From Candidatus Poribacteria bacterium (GTDB lineage: Bacteria > Poribacteria > WGA-4E > WGA-3G): a DNA stretch of 64,000 bases. The DNA lies in NCBI GenBank assembly GCA_965214095.1, contig OZ243938.1, forward strand, positions 896,001-960,000. Direction: 5' to 3'. The notes below the pieces were generated by a model. The model was not told where the DNA came from, made no database searches, and worked only from the letters and a program-made list of their open reading frames with translations. The position numbers and the translations under genes were made by a program. Below are positions 1 through 11,137 of this stretch, piece after piece (the stretch's first letter is position 1; the number at the start of each line of letters is the position of its first letter).

Positions 1-96
1 TAAATCCCAGTGTGTATAGTCCTGTGCGAATACGTTTGATATGAAAATGAGTAGTGCAAAACTGGTAATTGCAAGCAAATATAGTGTTCTTTTCAT
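1..96 (-). CDS. N-terminus of a secreted WD40-repeat protein (runs off the window)
   Basis: Hand translation MKRTLYLLAITSFALLIFISNVFAQDYTHWDL: signal peptide plus the AQDYTxW motif also seen at the start of the WD40 gene at 61121. Confidence 0.75.
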   Translation of the reverse strand, partial: MKRTLYLLAITSFALLIFISNVFAQDYTHWDL

Positions 97-299
97 TGGA
101 AAGTCTATCCTTGGTTATTATTTACGATTTTATAGAAACAGGTACAGGTAAAAGAAGTCAAGTCAAATGAAAGCATCTTGAAGTGTAATGAAAAATTAGT
201 TGTATGGAAAGGAATAACGGCGAAAATACTATTTAAAATAAGATAATTGTAGAATGTATCTGTTTGAGTATAATTAAATCTGAGATGGGATAGACAGAA

Positions 300-839
300 C
301 TAAATTATATACCACATGCCAATCTCAGCAGTAATGATACCAAGAAGTGCACCTGCAAGAACATCTGTAGGATAGTGTACCCCAAGATAGACACGGGCAA
401 CGCCTACCATTGATGCCCAAACAAACGCTCCAACTTGAATGACTGGCACCTGAAAGAAACTTGAAAGTAGAGTCATTATTAGAAATGCAGAGGTAGTGTG
501 ACCTGATGGAAAACTAAACTCATCTGGGGGGCGAACGCGGAAATGAACATCATCAATTTTATTATAGGGTCGGTCGCGTTTCAATGATTGTTTTAGAAGA
601 TGGTATAGACACCTTTCAATAGGAAATGCTACAAGGGCAGAAAACAAAAAGGGTTTACTCAGTGTGCTTTCAAAAGTCAAATAGATATATAAGACAATAA
701 ATGGATATAGGTATCCATTTGCACTCCAAGATATTATCCGTAATGAACGATTAAGTAACCTTCTATCTCCCCAACCAAAGATACGGTTGAATAACACTGT
801 ATCCCAACGGGTAACATTATTAGTAATTGCTTTTAACAT
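300..839 (-). CDS. PAP2-family (undecaprenyl-diphosphate-like) membrane phosphatase
   Basis: Motifs KxxxKRxRP, FSFPSGH and ARVYLGVHYPTDV; hydrophobic segments. Confidence 0.92.
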   Translation of the reverse strand: MLKAITNNVTRWDTVLFNRIFGWGDRRLLNRSLRIISWSANGYLYPFIVLYIYLTFESTLSKPFLFSALVAFPIERCLYHLLKQSLKRDRPYNKIDDVHFRVRPPDEFSFPSGHTTSAFLIMTLLSSFFQVPVIQVGAFVWASMVGVARVYLGVHYPTDVLAGALLGIITAEIGMWYII

Positions 840-1088
840 AGATTATTGATTCTTATATGCTTTATCAAAAGCATATTACATTTTCAGTCCATTCAACCAA
901 GAAGTGTGGTTAAGGATGTTAATGTACCTTACCTCCCAAAACATTTCATTGTAAATCACCATGTGTAAAACGTCGTGATAACAAGCAAGTAAATATTATA
1001 CACTATACAAAGGTTTTTTTCAAGAATAATTCTCTGTCCTATTATCGGAGATTTAGACCACTACCTTAAACAAGATTGTGATAACAAT

Positions 1089-1207
1089 ATACCATTTCTA
1101 ATTAAGAATAGTTCATTATGAGGCTGAACAAACACCGGTTCGGTTAGGAAACCGAACCTACCGTCGTATGTAAATAATTATGATTTTGCTATAATTAGAA
1201 ATGATAT
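1089..1207. repeat. MITE with ATACCATTTCTA...TAGAAAT(G)GTAT termini, carrying a REP palindrome
   Basis: Similar terminal inverted repeats at 36934-37071, 37814-37960, 41164-41283, 57720-57852 and 59827-60055; internal gttcggttaggaaaccgaacctac. Confidence 0.7.
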
Positions 1208-1260
1208 AGCATACTACTAAGAGACTGGCTTCAGATGTGCAAATCGGTCTACTGTAAATA

Positions 1261-3702
1261 CTATTCAAATGTAGCGATGTTAAGTGGGAGGGTTGTTGAT
1301 CTACCTGCACCATCAATACATGTCAGTTCATGCTTTCCAACGACAGGTGTTAGGAAGGTAGGTTCAACAGCTTTTCCATTGAAGACAAGTTCTCCATTCA
1401 GGAACCAGAAGATGTCTTGCGTATCCCCTGAAACCGAAGCTGACAATCGTATTTTCTGATACTCCAGCGGAATGTTTGGACGGATATGATACACCGTATC
1501 TTGAGATGGTGACAGGATGATAGGCTTTGTTCCTGCAAGTAGGCGTGTGCAGTCTTCATTATGGTCAGGAAGTTTAGGTACTGCAAATCCGTTTACATTC
1601 AGCCATGTTGCCACCTCTGCGGGAAACACAGCGATTTTCTCTTGACGATAATTTCTCCCTGGACGGCAAGATGAGCAGAGACGTACACCTGTATCAACAT
1701 CTATTTGAACGGTTTTATGTGTATCGCACTCACGCGCAGAGGATATACCAGGAATATAAACATCTGTAATAGAATTTGGACAGTGTAAGGAGAGTGGTTG
1801 ACCTGTTAACGCACAGACGAAACGCGTTTTTAGTGTTTCCGGTCTGTTAAACCACTGGATTTTCTTTTCACCGGAAAGTGCAGTGAAGAGGGCGAAAAGG
1901 ACAGGCGCAGCTGCTTCAGCCCCACTCAGAATTGGAGCACCTGTTCCATTGAAATTCCCAAGCCACACACCAATAGTCAGTTCTGGTGAATAACCTATAC
2001 TCCATGCATCTCTGTGTCCATAGGATGTACCTGTTTTCCAAGCTACCTTCGGCATAGTTCCGGTCAGGTCAAATGTTCGTGGAAAATCGGGACGTTTTAG
2101 TGTTGTCAGCATATCTGTGACAATCCAACATGTTTCTGGTCTCAATAGATGTTGTTCAGAATAGTCTGAGGATAGATCAGGTGTTGCATTCTTTGTTTGT
2201 GTTTCGCCCTTTTTTGTATCATATATATATTGATATGGTGCAAACTCACCCATATTTGCCAAACCAGCATAAAGGTTCGTCAGTTCAAGTAGATTGATTC
2301 CACACCCACCGAGTACAAGAGATAGTCCGTACTCATCAGGCGCATTAAGTGTAGATATTCCCGCATATTTCAGGAATTCGTATAGTTGGTCCTTTTCCAT
2401 TTTCGCATATAAATTGACGGCTGGAACATTTAAAGATCGTGCCAGTGCATCACTTGCAGTTACATATCCTGTGAACTTACCATCATAATTCACAGGTGAG
2501 TAACCGACATAATCCACAGGGACATCATATAGTAATGTTTTTGGGGTTATATGTCCTTTATCAATGGCAAGCGCATAGATGAATGGTTTCAATGTTGAAC
2601 CTGGTGATCGTAGTGCAAGTGTGCCATTTACTTGTCCATCAGATTCTTTATCAAAAAAATCGTGCGAACCGACCAACGCAAGGACTTCACGACTTTTCGT
2701 ATCAAGAATTACGACTGCGCCAGTAGAAACACCTTGATCTTGTAGTGGACGCAAACGATCACGTAAAATCTGTTCAGCTACGTCTTGATATCGAAGGTCT
2801 ATTGTTGTGCGTATAAGGTTATCGCTGCTATTTTGTGCTGTATGGGAAGACTTTTTAGTTGCAAGGAGACGTGCCAGATGTGGTGCTTTGAAAGGAATAG
2901 AATAGCGTTCTGAGGGTATTGGTTCTTGTAATGCTTCTTGCAGACGCTTCTCAGATATTCTTCCCGCATCTTTCATCCGATGCAATACCTTTTTTCTTGC
3001 CTTAGTAGCACGTTCAGGAAACCTATCCGGACGCAGATATTCTGGTGAATTTGGAATTGCCGCCAATAGTGCAGCTTCTCCAAGGCTCAGCGCACTCTGC
3101 GGCTTGTTGAAATATAGTCGTGCGGCTGCACCTGAACCGACTATGTTCCCTCCGTAAGGAAGCATGTTAAAGTAGAATGTTAAAATCTCAGATTTTGAGT
3201 ATGTGAGTTCCAGTTGAAATGCCCGGAACATCTCTATCACCTTGTTAGGTAAGGTGCGTTTTTTCGGTTCCATCAATCTTGCTAATTGCATTGTAATTGT
3301 CGAACCACCACGAACAATCTTCCCTGCTTTAAAGTTGTCAATTGCAGCACAAGCGATTGAAACAGGATTAATACCCCAGTGGTGATAAAACCATTTGTCT
3401 TCATACGTTAACATTGCAGTTTGGAATAGTGGTGATATCTCATCAAGCGAAGATTCTGGAAAACGCCACATGTCATCTTCAGTAGTGAACGCACGTAACC
3501 ATTGACCTGACCTATCCAAGGCAATGGTTGATGGTGAAGGTTGGAGTTTTTCCTTTGGTAACGGAAAGCAAAAATGCAGGATTGTAAAGAAACAGAAAGG
3601 TGTTAGTATGAAAGCGAGTAGATACCATCTTTTCTTTCTATTTTTTACAAATTCTTGCAGAGATCTACGAAAATGTGGAATATTTAATTTTTTCAATTTC
3701 AT
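1261..3702 (-). CDS. pbpC: Penicillin-binding protein 1C
   Basis: Transglycosylase motifs (EDKWFY.H.G, GGSTITMQLAR), transpeptidase SxxK (GSTLKP) and KTGT, C-terminal BiPBP-type domain; directly downstream of alpha-2-macroglobulin. Confidence 0.95.
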   Translation of the reverse strand: MKLKKLNIPHFRRSLQEFVKNRKKRWYLLAFILTPFCFFTILHFCFPLPKEKLQPSPSTIALDRSGQWLRAFTTEDDMWRFPESSLDEISPLFQTAMLTYEDKWFYHHWGINPVSIACAAIDNFKAGKIVRGGSTITMQLARLMEPKKRTLPNKVIEMFRAFQLELTYSKSEILTFYFNMLPYGGNIVGSGAAARLYFNKPQSALSLGEAALLAAIPNSPEYLRPDRFPERATKARKKVLHRMKDAGRISEKRLQEALQEPIPSERYSIPFKAPHLARLLATKKSSHTAQNSSDNLIRTTIDLRYQDVAEQILRDRLRPLQDQGVSTGAVVILDTKSREVLALVGSHDFFDKESDGQVNGTLALRSPGSTLKPFIYALAIDKGHITPKTLLYDVPVDYVGYSPVNYDGKFTGYVTASDALARSLNVPAVNLYAKMEKDQLYEFLKYAGISTLNAPDEYGLSLVLGGCGINLLELTNLYAGLANMGEFAPYQYIYDTKKGETQTKNATPDLSSDYSEQHLLRPETCWIVTDMLTTLKRPDFPRTFDLTGTMPKVAWKTGTSYGHRDAWSIGYSPELTIGVWLGNFNGTGAPILSGAEAAAPVLFALFTALSGEKKIQWFNRPETLKTRFVCALTGQPLSLHCPNSITDVYIPGISSARECDTHKTVQIDVDTGVRLCSSCRPGRNYRQEKIAVFPAEVATWLNVNGFAVPKLPDHNEDCTRLLAGTKPIILSPSQDTVYHIRPNIPLEYQKIRLSASVSGDTQDIFWFLNGELVFNGKAVEPTFLTPVVGKHELTCIDGAGRSTTLPLNIATFE

Positions 3703-3808
3703 CGTTTTGTAGAAATAGAAGAGAGGAGGGAAGAGGTGAAACCCTCCATCTCTTAGTTATTTGCCCTAAGAATTTGGACATAGCATGAATAAAAGATAGA
3801 ATAATGAA

Positions 3809-6800
3809 TTACTCAACTATCGTTATCTTACCACTACCAGCAACAGAAGAATTGGCAGGATCATACATTGCTTCTGCAGAAACAGGTGGCAAATTAAATT
3901 CACCACGAGTCACTGCACGTAGTGCGTAATGGAACTTACGTTCACGTTGTCTGGGAAACGCTCCGAAGAAAATTAGACGATCATCCCGGATATCAACATA
4001 ATCTGGTTTGAAATCTTGTGTTTTCAACCAAGGAATTCCTGCTCGTGAAGCTAATCTCGCATTTTCAATTTCAAACCCCGCAGGCAACATATCTACCACG
4101 ACAACATTTTCAAGGTTCCAATTTAATGCCTTCACCGTAATTTCTGCTATCACTAAATCACCATGATTAAATTCGGTTTCATAGGGTTCGCCATCTTTGT
4201 TGAGGTAACGGCGGCGAACTTGGATATCACGATCATATTCCTCAATAAAGGAATCTTGTCGGATACCGAATGCAGACCAATAGTAATAGCAACTGCCTTC
4301 GCCTTCTATTGCGATTTTCACTTGCGCGCCATCCCAATCTTTATTTGAAAATCGGATGGAAGGAGTCGTTGAATCAAAATCAGCAAGATGTGTATCATTG
4401 ACGGTTATTTTACCGGTATATTGACCATCCATTTTCTTCTTCATGATTTTTCCAATAGCGAGGAACGCAAACGCATTCTCTTGTGTAGTTCCCCAACGTT
4501 TTCTCTTTGATGCAGCGTCACTCAAGTTTTTGATCAACATAGGAATGGATGGGTGGTTTTCATTGACTTCAGCGAGAACATCCAATATGATTGCTTGTGC
4601 ACGAACCGGTGAGTTGAAATTGTTACCAGATTCTCTATTTCCACCGTTGAATTGTCCAACCGAAACAGGTAACATAGAAAGCGTAGTTTCTAAATCCCCA
4701 CTGAGTGCATAAGCTCCTGCTAATTGGAATTGGCTATAGAGATTAAGTCTACTAAGGAGATTATTCTTGAAGTAGTTCATCACACCTTTTTCCGGTTCGC
4801 CTGCAGCGGCTAACACATAGCATGCATAAACTGCACGTTCCACTTTGTGTTTATTTAATGATTCTGCAGAACCTTGATGGCTTGATATTTGTTTGGCTTG
4901 CTTCCTTAATCCTTCAAGCATGCCAGTATAAACACGATCAGAGACTTCATAACCTGCTTTACGTGCCTCTACCATAAAATGGGATGCGTAGATACTACTC
5001 CAGTAGTTTATGTAACTGCTACCAGGCCAATAAGCAAAGTGATTTTGTATCGTAAACATACTTTCAAGTCTGCTAATTCCAGCATTAATAAAGTAATCGA
5101 CCCGTTCATCAGAGGCAAATTCAGGTTCAACTGCACTTGCAATATCCTTGAAAGACAGTAATGGAAAGACTCGGCTTGAAGTCTGTTCAATACAACCGTA
5201 AGGATACTTCAACAGGTAACTAATCCCACCAGCGAACTCAATTGTGGGGAATGGAGATACAGTAAGGGTGAACTCAGAGGAATCGGTAATATAATTAGAT
5301 GGGAAGATTAACTCTCCGGGTTTCTCCGCACTGACTACGCCATTTCCTGTGTCTGTTACCGGTGGTGCAGCCGAACGTAATGGGAGTTCTACTGTCATTT
5401 GCGAACTTTCATTATTTCCAAATGCAGACACTGTAAAAGTTGCTTTATCTATAGAATCGTGAGCAAGGAGGTCAAATATGAATTGTTCCTCACCATCAGA
5501 TGGAATTTGTGCCTGTTTTTGAACAATATTCTGTCCCAGCATTTCGGATTCAGTGGTTCTCGGTAGGAAACGAACTTCACCTTGTGCTTTCACTTCTACG
5601 CTAAATACGCCATCCATACCTGTACCGTTATGAACACTTATGGGGAATTGAATACGATCCCCTCCAGATAAAAACCGTGGGAAAGTCGGTGTTAACACTA
5701 CAGGTTCGCGTACAGTCATAAACTTCTCAGCAGAACCGAAATGTGCCCCTGAAAATGCAACTGCCATCAGCCGTAAAGAACCGTTGAACTGTGGCACATG
5801 AAAAGTTGCTTCGCCTCTTCCGTATTGATCCGTTTTCAGGATACCTGACCAGAGCGAAACTGGTTTTACACGCATCACACTTGCGGTGTTAAGCCGTTTT
5901 GCCCGTCCTTGTGAAAGCATGCCATCCCCACCTGGGCTAGATTCATTCAGTATCGCATCGATTTCAGGTAGAATCGCAGAATACAGATCATACACATCTG
6001 TTTTGAGACCGCGTTGTCGGAAGAAATAATTGTGCGGATCGGGAGAGTCAAAGTTCGTTAGTTGTAGAATACCTTCATCAATGGCAGCAATAGTAACATG
6101 AGAATTTGCACCTTTATTTCCACGGACACGGAACTTGACAGCGACATCAGTATTTGGACGTATTTCTTCAGGCGCATCCAATTCAATAGCGAGTCGGTTC
6201 TGTTTCGTATCTATTTTCAATGGAACAACCCCGAAAGCTCTTGCAGTTGCATGTTCCTTCAAAGAGTCCGTAGGTCGAATCAATGTGCCAGATATGTATA
6301 TATTCGGTTTATAGTTATACTTGACAGGAATATTCAAACTTGCGGTATTCCCTTTGAGATTCACTGTTCGGTAACTTAATATCTTTTCCCGTTCAATTGT
6401 CAACAGTAGTTTTCCTGAGAATGGTGCTTTAATTTGAAGTTTGGCTATCTCTCCGAGTTGATAAGTTTGTTTATCCAAAGACATCTCAAGCAGACTCGGA
6501 TTCTTCATAGATGAAGGTGCAGAACCCCACCCGGAAGTTTCAACTTTTAATTCAGTTGTTGCCCCTGTGGCTGTATCGTCAAGTTGTATACGGTATTCGC
6601 CATATTCAGTTGGTGTAAAGGTGAATGTACCCATTTCCGTTGTAGAAATCAATTTGTGCGTTTCTAAAGAGGTCACTTGGTTATCAGAGATATACTCATA
6701 CCGACCTCGCCCGTTGCGACGAAGTATGCTGTTCCAATGCACTTTCTTGACTGTAATCAACAATTCTCTATCGGCTACAGCGTTTCCATTTTTGTCTACA

Positions 6801-9247
6801 GCAATATAGTTGATAGGAACATCTTCATTAGGCTTAGGTACCCCTGAACTTGCTCTTTTAATTCCAACATAATGTGAATATGGATGTATGATAACTCGAT
6901 GTGTGTCTGTTACCGCTCTACCTCCAGGTTCACTCACAGTAGCAGTGAGAACTCCATTCAACTGTGACGGTGCTTTAATCGTTGCTGACAGCTTAAATTT
7001 GTACTGTGCTTTTCCATCAGCATCGGTCTTACTCTCCTGCAAAGTAGTACGTTGTCTCTCAAAAGATTTGGTACTTGCAAAGTGGAAGGCTTTCCACTGT
7101 TCACTGGGAACAAATGGCACAGCTTCAATGGTATAGGCTGCAGTTACTTTGCGATCAGCTGCGGGTGGACCGAACAAACTGACAGCAGAAATATCCATTG
7201 TTACCTCAGATCCCAAGTCATACGTCGACTTGTCTGTGTTAACAGTGACTTTCATTCTGTCTGGCATAAATTCCTCAACTTGGAATTGTGTCCGTCCGAT
7301 TTCTTTACCAGCAACATGCATCTTAGCAATATAACTCCCTGTCTGTGCATGTGGAGCAATAGTAATTGTCGCGTCACATCCGCCCCGTCTGTCAGTATTT
7401 TTGCTTAATTCATGCACAATTCGACCATCAGGTGCGATAACTTCAATATACGTGGGAAGTGAGGGTGGTGTTGTATTTTGTTTTCCACGAACTATTGCTG
7501 CAAAATCTACTTTCTCTCCCGGACGATAGACACCCCGATTTGTGTAAATGAACGCATCATAACCTTTTTCAAGATATGGAGGTCCACCAACATTAAAATC
7601 ACCCGTAGAAAGTTGATGTCGATTCAATTGAATAAAAGACAAGTCCTCACCCTTTTCAGCGGTTAACATGAAGGGAGAAGCCTCTCCAATTTTTTCATCT
7701 ACGGATGTAAATTTGACTAATCCTTCCCAATTTGTTTTTCCAGTTAAAAGGGTTTGGTTATTGTCACTGATTAATTTTACTGTCGTATTGGAAATAGGTT
7801 TTAAGTTGGCAAGAGAATTTACCCATACCCAAAGTTCATCTCCTGCCTTCTTTGCAATGATACCAAGGTCTGTCAACAATACCCATTGTGTTGCACGTAC
7901 CCAACTCTTGTGAGTATCACTAATAGTAACTTTATATATGCCTATATTCTTGTCGTTAAGGTATTCTGCTAAATTGATGGTAGTATTAATCTCTTCGTTT
8001 AACTTAGCAGTGATAGAAATATTGTCAGAATGAATAGGTTTCGCTAAATCTTCTGCCCAATACCTCCAATTTCCTACACGTGAAACATAGATAAGGTTAT
8101 TGCTGAATACTTTCTCTATTCTCAAATTTACTTTATTTATATTAGTCGTAACCATACCGAGGTTCATATTCTGGTTACGAGTGAGAAAAAAGCCATTCCC
8201 CATAAAACGTAATTGTGCAGGAACATCTGGTATCCTAAGTCTTACAGAATAAGGTTTTCTCAACACAGAACTGTCAGGTGCGGTTAATCCTTGATCTACT
8301 GTAATTTGATACCGTTCACGTCTCTTAAAATCACCATGGATTTCAATTTCACCGTATCTGGTAATAATCTGAGTATCAATTTCCGGATTTATATTTATGT
8401 AGGGTTGCACTGTGTCAACAGGAATAGGAGAACTAAACCGAAGTGCGATATGCGGTCTTCCAGAATATTCCTGTACATTGGCGTAAGTTACACTTAGAGT
8501 GCCATGCCCTGTCAAAGACATTGATTTAACAAAAGATTCCTTTAAACCATTTTTTCCACCAGTGCATTTAAATCCTTTCTCAATTTGCACTTTAAGTATC
8601 TGATCACCTAATAAGCGTGGTATTTCTTCAGTTGAAATCTTTACTTCCCTTGCAATTCCATTTTGAGGCTGTAATGTGTACGGAATTTCAACATCTTCTT
8701 GCAGTCTCATAGTCATGTTTGCTCGTAAATCGGCAATATTGACTGGATAATTGAAGGTAATTTTACCATCAACTTTAGCGTGTGTCTTAGTATATTTGAA
8801 CTCAAGACGATTTGACTGGATGCGAAATTGTTCTGTTGCAAAGTTGAATTTACGATCTCCCGTTATGACAAAACCGAGAGAACTTTGGCGTAACTTGGGT
8901 GAGAGTTCTACTGTATAACTGGCGGATGGAGCTAAGGCACTTTCAAGAAAAAAACGAATAGTGTCACGAGCAATCCAACGTGCGGTGCCTTGCGCTGTAG
9001 GTGTAAACTGAATTGCCCGGTTAGGAACTTCAGTGTTAATTAATGAATTATCTACGACTGGTTCAGAAAAGGTAAATGTGAAATCAACCCACTGTGGCAC
9101 CTTTTCTCCTTCAGGTGTTATCATTTTGACAGTGACCCGTGTTTTTGCATCAGAAGTCGTCAAACTATGTATGTAAAGAGCACCAATAACCACTATGAAC
9201 AAAGAAAGTAACAGAACTGCTCCAATTAAAAACTTTTTGTTAATCAT
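3809..9247 (-). CDS. Bacterial alpha-2-macroglobulin (YfhM-like)
   Basis: 1812 aa; thioester motif YPYGCIEQ, TDRGVYRPGE-like MG2 motif, C-terminal AEAMY; canonical pairing with pbpC. Confidence 0.95.
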   Translation of the reverse strand: MINKKFLIGAVLLLSLFIVVIGALYIHSLTTSDAKTRVTVKMITPEGEKVPQWVDFTFTFSEPVVDNSLINTEVPNRAIQFTPTAQGTARWIARDTIRFFLESALAPSASYTVELSPKLRQSSLGFVITGDRKFNFATEQFRIQSNRLEFKYTKTHAKVDGKITFNYPVNIADLRANMTMRLQEDVEIPYTLQPQNGIAREVKISTEEIPRLLGDQILKVQIEKGFKCTGGKNGLKESFVKSMSLTGHGTLSVTYANVQEYSGRPHIALRFSSPIPVDTVQPYININPEIDTQIITRYGEIEIHGDFKRRERYQITVDQGLTAPDSSVLRKPYSVRLRIPDVPAQLRFMGNGFFLTRNQNMNLGMVTTNINKVNLRIEKVFSNNLIYVSRVGNWRYWAEDLAKPIHSDNISITAKLNEEINTTINLAEYLNDKNIGIYKVTISDTHKSWVRATQWVLLTDLGIIAKKAGDELWVWVNSLANLKPISNTTVKLISDNNQTLLTGKTNWEGLVKFTSVDEKIGEASPFMLTAEKGEDLSFIQLNRHQLSTGDFNVGGPPYLEKGYDAFIYTNRGVYRPGEKVDFAAIVRGKQNTTPPSLPTYIEVIAPDGRIVHELSKNTDRRGGCDATITIAPHAQTGSYIAKMHVAGKEIGRTQFQVEEFMPDRMKVTVNTDKSTYDLGSEVTMDISAVSLFGPPAADRKVTAAYTIEAVPFVPSEQWKAFHFASTKSFERQRTTLQESKTDADGKAQYKFKLSATIKAPSQLNGVLTATVSEPGGRAVTDTHRVIIHPYSHYVGIKRASSGVPKPNEDVPINYIAVDKNGNAVADRELLITVKKVHWNSILRRNGRGRYEYISDNQVTSLETHKLISTTEMGTFTFTPTEYGEYRIQLDDTATGATTELKVETSGWGSAPSSMKNPSLLEMSLDKQTYQLGEIAKLQIKAPFSGKLLLTIEREKILSYRTVNLKGNTASLNIPVKYNYKPNIYISGTLIRPTDSLKEHATARAFGVVPLKIDTKQNRLAIELDAPEEIRPNTDVAVKFRVRGNKGANSHVTIAAIDEGILQLTNFDSPDPHNYFFRQRGLKTDVYDLYSAILPEIDAILNESSPGGDGMLSQGRAKRLNTASVMRVKPVSLWSGILKTDQYGRGEATFHVPQFNGSLRLMAVAFSGAHFGSAEKFMTVREPVVLTPTFPRFLSGGDRIQFPISVHNGTGMDGVFSVEVKAQGEVRFLPRTTESEMLGQNIVQKQAQIPSDGEEQFIFDLLAHDSIDKATFTVSAFGNNESSQMTVELPLRSAAPPVTDTGNGVVSAEKPGELIFPSNYITDSSEFTLTVSPFPTIEFAGGISYLLKYPYGCIEQTSSRVFPLLSFKDIASAVEPEFASDERVDYFINAGISRLESMFTIQNHFAYWPGSSYINYWSSIYASHFMVEARKAGYEVSDRVYTGMLEGLRKQAKQISSHQGSAESLNKHKVERAVYACYVLAAAGEPEKGVMNYFKNNLLSRLNLYSQFQLAGAYALSGDLETTLSMLPVSVGQFNGGNRESGNNFNSPVRAQAIILDVLAEVNENHPSIPMLIKNLSDAASKRKRWGTTQENAFAFLAIGKIMKKKMDGQYTGKITVNDTHLADFDSTTPSIRFSNKDWDGAQVKIAIEGEGSCYYYWSAFGIRQDSFIEEYDRDIQVRRRYLNKDGEPYETEFNHGDLVIAEITVKALNWNLENVVVVDMLPAGFEIENARLASRAGIPWLKTQDFKPDYVDIRDDRLIFFGAFPRQRERKFHYALRAVTRGEFNLPPVSAEAMYDPANSSVAGSGKITIVE

Positions 9248-9328
9248 CGCTTTTCTCCTGAATCATACTCACGTCTTTAAATATATTTTCAATATATATT
9301 TAAATATATAACAGTGTAAACAAGATAT

Positions 9329-9471
9329 TATAGTAGATTTTGAAATTACTTGAACACTCTGCGTCGGCGAGGTTAGGAAACCTCGCCTACCGTGGGCCGA
9401 AAGTCGGTTAGGTTAGGAAACCTCGCCTACCGTGGGTCGAAAGTGTCAACTTATATTTATAATTCACTATA
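9329..9471. repeat. MITE (TATAGTAGATTTTG...TTCACTATA) containing two REP palindromes
   Basis: Near-identical single-palindrome copies at 25998-26100 and 44193-44295. Confidence 0.8.
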
Positions 9472-9866
9472 TTGTTAATGTTTTACTATTTTACTTGCAA
9501 AAATAACAGTCAATTTCTCTTTGGTCACCCTATGAGCAATATTCGTGCCAATTATTATTTTTTGTGTCAATATATTTGAAAAATTGTCTTCAGTAGATAT
9601 TCAGAAGGGAAATTTGAAGACAGTATATTAACACCTCAAACCACATTATAAGCAGATTTTATAGTAGATTGCCATATAAGGACATTAAAAAATGCAATAA
9701 AGTGGTCAAAATAAATAACACCGACTGCGTTTGGTTACAATCGGTGTGGAATCCTAATTTATGAATTCTATTACCAATTTAATGCTTGACCTGTCAGATG
9801 AAGGGAATATCTACCATGTGTTAAATAAACCACACCATTAAATCATTATCGTAATTTTCAGTCAGA

Positions 9867-11090
9867 CTAAAACCAGAATCGTGACATCAAGATAATCTGA
9901 TCTGATCCTTGTAGTTGTCTTAACACACTTTTATTATTGATTTTATCATCAGGTAGTCTGTCATCGTTAGATAGGTTTGCCCAATAGAAAAGCGATATCG
10001 CACCGTTCTCAATGAAGTTATACTGTGCAATGAATGTGATGCGCCTAGCGGCATCACCCAAAACTGTCCTATCTGCATCAAATAAACCGTACCTTCCTGC
10101 TACTGATAACTGTGGTAAAACACGATACTTTGCCCCAACGTAGTATCCCTTTGAGTCAACATCTTCTGATGAAAATGAGCCAACTTCACCACTATTACCA
10201 AAGTTGAATTCACCTTCTAAACTTAACCCAGCATAAGACGCAGTTGCAAATGCCCCAATAAGTCGTTCCCATTCTTCGCCTGGATTTTCATATTTGCAGG
10301 AGACACCCGCGCGAATAGGACCGAATTGTCCTCCAATAGTTCCAAGCACACCGTTTGCCTTTGCGTTTCCGGCGTTAAACAAAGCCGCATTATAGAATGC
10401 TTTCCCGTAACTGCCTCCGACTTCAACGCCAACATCCCGTTTATTTGATCCGAGTTCATAACCTTCTCTAACAAGTATATTATGATCTTTTTGCTTGATT
10501 CCAAATGGCAAGCGGAATTGTCCTACTTTTAAGTATAGATGTTTTGGTATCGCCTCCACCGTTGCGAAAGCATTTAAGATAGAACCAAGATTGTTAGACA
10601 GAGTTAACCCAACATGTTCTGAAGCTTGTGCATTAAAGGTAACTTCAGCTTGCATCAGAAAGAACCTATCAACAGATGAATGACAGGAATTACATCCAGC
10701 AACTGCGCCACCCTCAACATCTTCGTGTACGTTATTTATATAAGCAGTCTGCAAATCCAGAGAAGTAGTAAGCTGCTTAACGACTTCCATTGATTCTTCA
10801 GAGACTGCTTCCATATCAAAATCTTCAGGGAATTCAAAGTAGTTTTCTTCAAAAATCTCTCCGACACGATTTCGAGGACCACCGCCAGCAGGATCAATAT
10901 GACAGAAGGTGCAATCTTTGTCCAGTTCAGCTGCAAACTCTGGTCGAGCTTCCACAGGAACAGACGAGATTAGAAACAATGAGATAATTGAGATGAAAGT
11001 ATATACAATCAAACTTTGTATAGATTTAGGTATAATAATTTTATAGAGTAGTCGAAACCCATTTCTATAATATGGTGTTTTCATAAGCAA
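9867..11090 (-). CDS. Outer-membrane porin-like protein with two c-type haem motifs
   Basis: Signal peptide; CTFCH and CNSCH; 'LKVGQFRLPFG' phosphate-porin-like motif; alternating beta strands; C-terminal FWF. Confidence 0.75.
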   Translation of the reverse strand: MLMKTPYYRNGFRLLYKIIIPKSIQSLIVYTFISIISLFLISSVPVEARPEFAAELDKDCTFCHIDPAGGGPRNRVGEIFEENYFEFPEDFDMEAVSEESMEVVKQLTTSLDLQTAYINNVHEDVEGGAVAGCNSCHSSVDRFFLMQAEVTFNAQASEHVGLTLSNNLGSILNAFATVEAIPKHLYLKVGQFRLPFGIKQKDHNILVREGYELGSNKRDVGVEVGGSYGKAFYNAALFNAGNAKANGVLGTIGGQFGPIRAGVSCKYENPGEEWERLIGAFATASYAGLSLEGEFNFGNSGEVGSFSSEDVDSKGYYVGAKYRVLPQLSVAGRYGLFDADRTVLGDAARRITFIAQYNFIENGAISLFYWANLSNDDRLPDDKINNKSVLRQLQGSDQIILMSRFWF

Positions 11091-11137
11091 TCTCCTTTAT
11101 AACCTATAGTGTGTATTGCAGACACCTGCGATAATTA